Below are positions 62,150 through 64,000 of a stretch of 64,000 nt of DNA, piece after piece (within the stretch, counting starts at the first letter, position 1; the number at the start of each line of letters is the position of its first letter). The notes beneath the pieces are model-generated. The model was given only the letters and a program-made list of their open reading frames with translations. It was not told where the DNA came from and made no database searches. The position numbers and the translations under genes are program-made. Origin of the DNA: Alphaproteobacteria bacterium (lineage in GTDB: Bacteria > Pseudomonadota > Alphaproteobacteria > MPNO01 > UBA830); the NCBI GenBank assembly GCA_964291215.2, contig OZ219791.1, positions 96,001 through 160,000 of the forward strand, in the 5' to 3' direction.

Positions 62150-62208
62150 GAAAACCCCTGTCCGTGCAAGGGGAACCTCCGGCCGCCCGGAGGGCGCCGG
62201 AGGAAAGA

Positions 62209-62239
62209 AGGCCCCGGCCGCGCGAAGCGGCCGGGGCCT
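62209..62239 (-). terminator. GC-rich hairpin after the lipoprotein gene
   Basis: 13-bp stem AGGCCCCGGCCGC/GCGGCCGGGGCCT with a 5-nt loop, followed by TCTTTC on the minus strand. Confidence 0.6.
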
Positions 62240-62262
62240 GAACGCCGATGCTCGGGAGCAGG

Positions 62263-63993
62263 CTACTCTGCCGGCGCCTGTATCCTCGTCGAAAATCCGC
62301 CGGTGGCGCTCCCGTCCACGAAGTGGGCGATGAAGGTGCCTATCATGCCGGCCGGGCGGCCAGGGCCGCCCTGGTGGAAGGCTCCAGCCTGCCAACTGCC
62401 GGGCTTGTCGAAGGCGGTGCTGCCGCTGGAACCCGTGGCCAGGCCTTCGACATCGAAGCTGTCGTGCGCGCCCTCCGCGAGCTTGACGCTCCAGTTCTCG
62501 TTGACGGCATTCCCCTTGAAGTTGTCGATCTTGCCTCCCATTTTACGGGCGCCTTCCTCCCCGAACTTGGCGTTGAGCGTCACATCCGCCGTGAACCGTG
62601 CGGACTTCTGCCCCGTGTGCTCGCCGGCGTTGTAGAGCTTCAGCGCCGACAGGCCTAAGGCTTCGCCCTTGTAGGTGGCGGTGGCGGGCAGATTGGAGTT
62701 CACGCCTAAATCCCCGCGCTCGGGGGCAGGGCTGTCTGCGATGACATGGACCCTGGTTCTGGCGGTGTCATCTCCAGCCAGCCAGTACCCGTAGCGGGCA
62801 TATTCACTCCACTGCGTGTAGTGGGAGTTCCTCGGCGTTATCCAGTAGTAGCGATAGTGGCCCGCGTAGCTATCGTCGAATTCGTCGGCCGCCTTGAAGA
62901 ACAGCTTGCCGGTCAGCTTGCCGCCCGGGGCAGAGCATGTGCCCTGGCAATACAGCGTCCCCTTGACCCCCTTGTAATACTGGTCCCCGGAGATGTCGGT
63001 GGGATACGTCGTCAGGACCGTTCCATCCGAGCCGGTGAGTGAGGACAGGGGCATCCCGGCAAGGGGCAGGACATCGACATCCATGTTGTCGGTGCCGAAG
63101 GCCTTCTTCACGAGCATCCCATCCTTGGCGGCAATCTGCTCCCAGGTCATGACGCCGGCCGGGAGTTCGCCGTCGTCATACTTGTGATAGAACAGGGATC
63201 TCCGATCGGCGTTATCCCCGGTGGCGATGACCTTCGTCGGCGGAGTACTGCTGGCTGTTTTGAAGAGATTTGACGGCCTTTGAATCCACATAGCCGTGGA
63301 TTGGCCATCGTAACCGCCGGTGCGGGTCGAGCCGGAACGAGCTGTGGCCTCAGGCGACAAGGCAGCAAGCATCCGCCTCGCGGGCCTTGTTGAATCAAGG
63401 TTGTTGAAGCCAGCGGTGGTAGCGAGGGTTTCGCCGGCGCGGTCCTTGATTTCCGCCTCGGTATCGACCCTCGAGAAATAGTCTCCGATCGTGCCGGCCC
63501 CGGTCAGGGTCTTCTCGATGGCCTTGATCTCCGCTTTCACTGTTTCGACCTGACCCATGACCACCTTCTTCTGCGCCGCAAGGCCGGTCGTGCCGGCCGG
63601 CAGGGCGTTCAGGTCCGTCTGCGCCTTCTCGGCCGCCGTCAGCGCCGTCTTGGCGTCCGCCAGCGCCTTGTCGGCCGCCGCCTTCGCGGCCGCCACGAGC
63701 GCGGCGTTGGTCCGGACCACCGAGCTGTCGCCGCCTGTATAGTAGAGTTGCCGAGCGAATTGGGGCGGCTCGACCGCCTTCTTGACCGCGGCCAGCTGAT
63801 CTTCCGCTGTCTTCCTGGCCGTCATCGCCGCCGTCTCGGCTGCCGCGGCGGCGTCGTAGGCCGCCTGCGCCTTCTGGGCGTCCGTCATCTCCATCTGCTG
63901 GTTGCCCATCGCGACCGGCTTCTTCGACCCGCCACCGCAGCCCGCGAGCGCCAGACCCGCAGCGGCCAGCGCCGCCAAGGTCACATATTTCAT
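62263..63993 (-). CDS. Surface lipoprotein with Ala-rich stalk and TbpB-like C-terminal beta-barrel
   Basis: Lipobox LAG-C19. Ala/Lys coiled coil. C-terminal YGYWL, ATATYKGEALG, FTADVTLNAKF, GKIDNF, GSWQAGAF, GTFIAHF..GSATGGF. Confidence 0.8.
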   Translation of the reverse strand: MKYVTLAALAAAGLALAGCGGGSKKPVAMGNQQMEMTDAQKAQAAYDAAAAAETAAMTARKTAEDQLAAVKKAVEPPQFARQLYYTGGDSSVVRTNAALVAAAKAAADKALADAKTALTAAEKAQTDLNALPAGTTGLAAQKKVVMGQVETVKAEIKAIEKTLTGAGTIGDYFSRVDTEAEIKDRAGETLATTAGFNNLDSTRPARRMLAALSPEATARSGSTRTGGYDGQSTAMWIQRPSNLFKTASSTPPTKVIATGDNADRRSLFYHKYDDGELPAGVMTWEQIAAKDGMLVKKAFGTDNMDVDVLPLAGMPLSSLTGSDGTVLTTYPTDISGDQYYKGVKGTLYCQGTCSAPGGKLTGKLFFKAADEFDDSYAGHYRYYWITPRNSHYTQWSEYARYGYWLAGDDTARTRVHVIADSPAPERGDLGVNSNLPATATYKGEALGLSALKLYNAGEHTGQKSARFTADVTLNAKFGEEGARKMGGKIDNFKGNAVNENWSVKLAEGAHDSFDVEGLATGSSGSTAFDKPGSWQAGAFHQGGPGRPAGMIGTFIAHFVDGSATGGFSTRIQAPAE

Positions 63994-64000
63994 AATTCCC

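Overview
GC-rich alphaproteobacterial chromosome segment (by-eye 16S assignment, Rhodospirillales-like, unverified). It holds one intact minus-strand rRNA operon (16S, tRNA-Ile, tRNA-Ala, 23S, 5S, tRNA-fMet; 41239-46553), a defence island and a dense pile-up of mobile DNA. The island contains a tyrosine integrase, a type I R-M operon with DarTG and a DUF433/PIN module inserted between hsdS and hsdR, an hsdS with two near-identical TRDs, two AbiE modules, a TM0106 nuclease and a second integrase. The mobile DNA includes IS66, IS30, IS630, IS256, ISAzo13, ISAs1-DUF4338, IS5/ISNCY and group II introns. Two observations stand out. (1) Nearly every mobile-element copy is riddled with short deletions, mostly ~5-9 bp and often flanked by microhomology. 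The same deletions recur in different copies in non-tree-like combinations, even in the catalytic domain V of introns, while neighbouring single-copy genes and IS-truncated pseudogenes are essentially clean. This is either a repeat-targeted microdeletion process or an assembly artefact; raw reads would decide. (2) Group II introns form a nested hierarchy. RT introns are stacked head-to-tail (2x and 3x) at one IS66 site, and are invaded by an ORF-less intron that is itself invaded by a sister ORF-less intron. Each ORF-less intron's predicted EBS1 loop matches its own target. All family calls come from motif recognition by eye, not from database searches.
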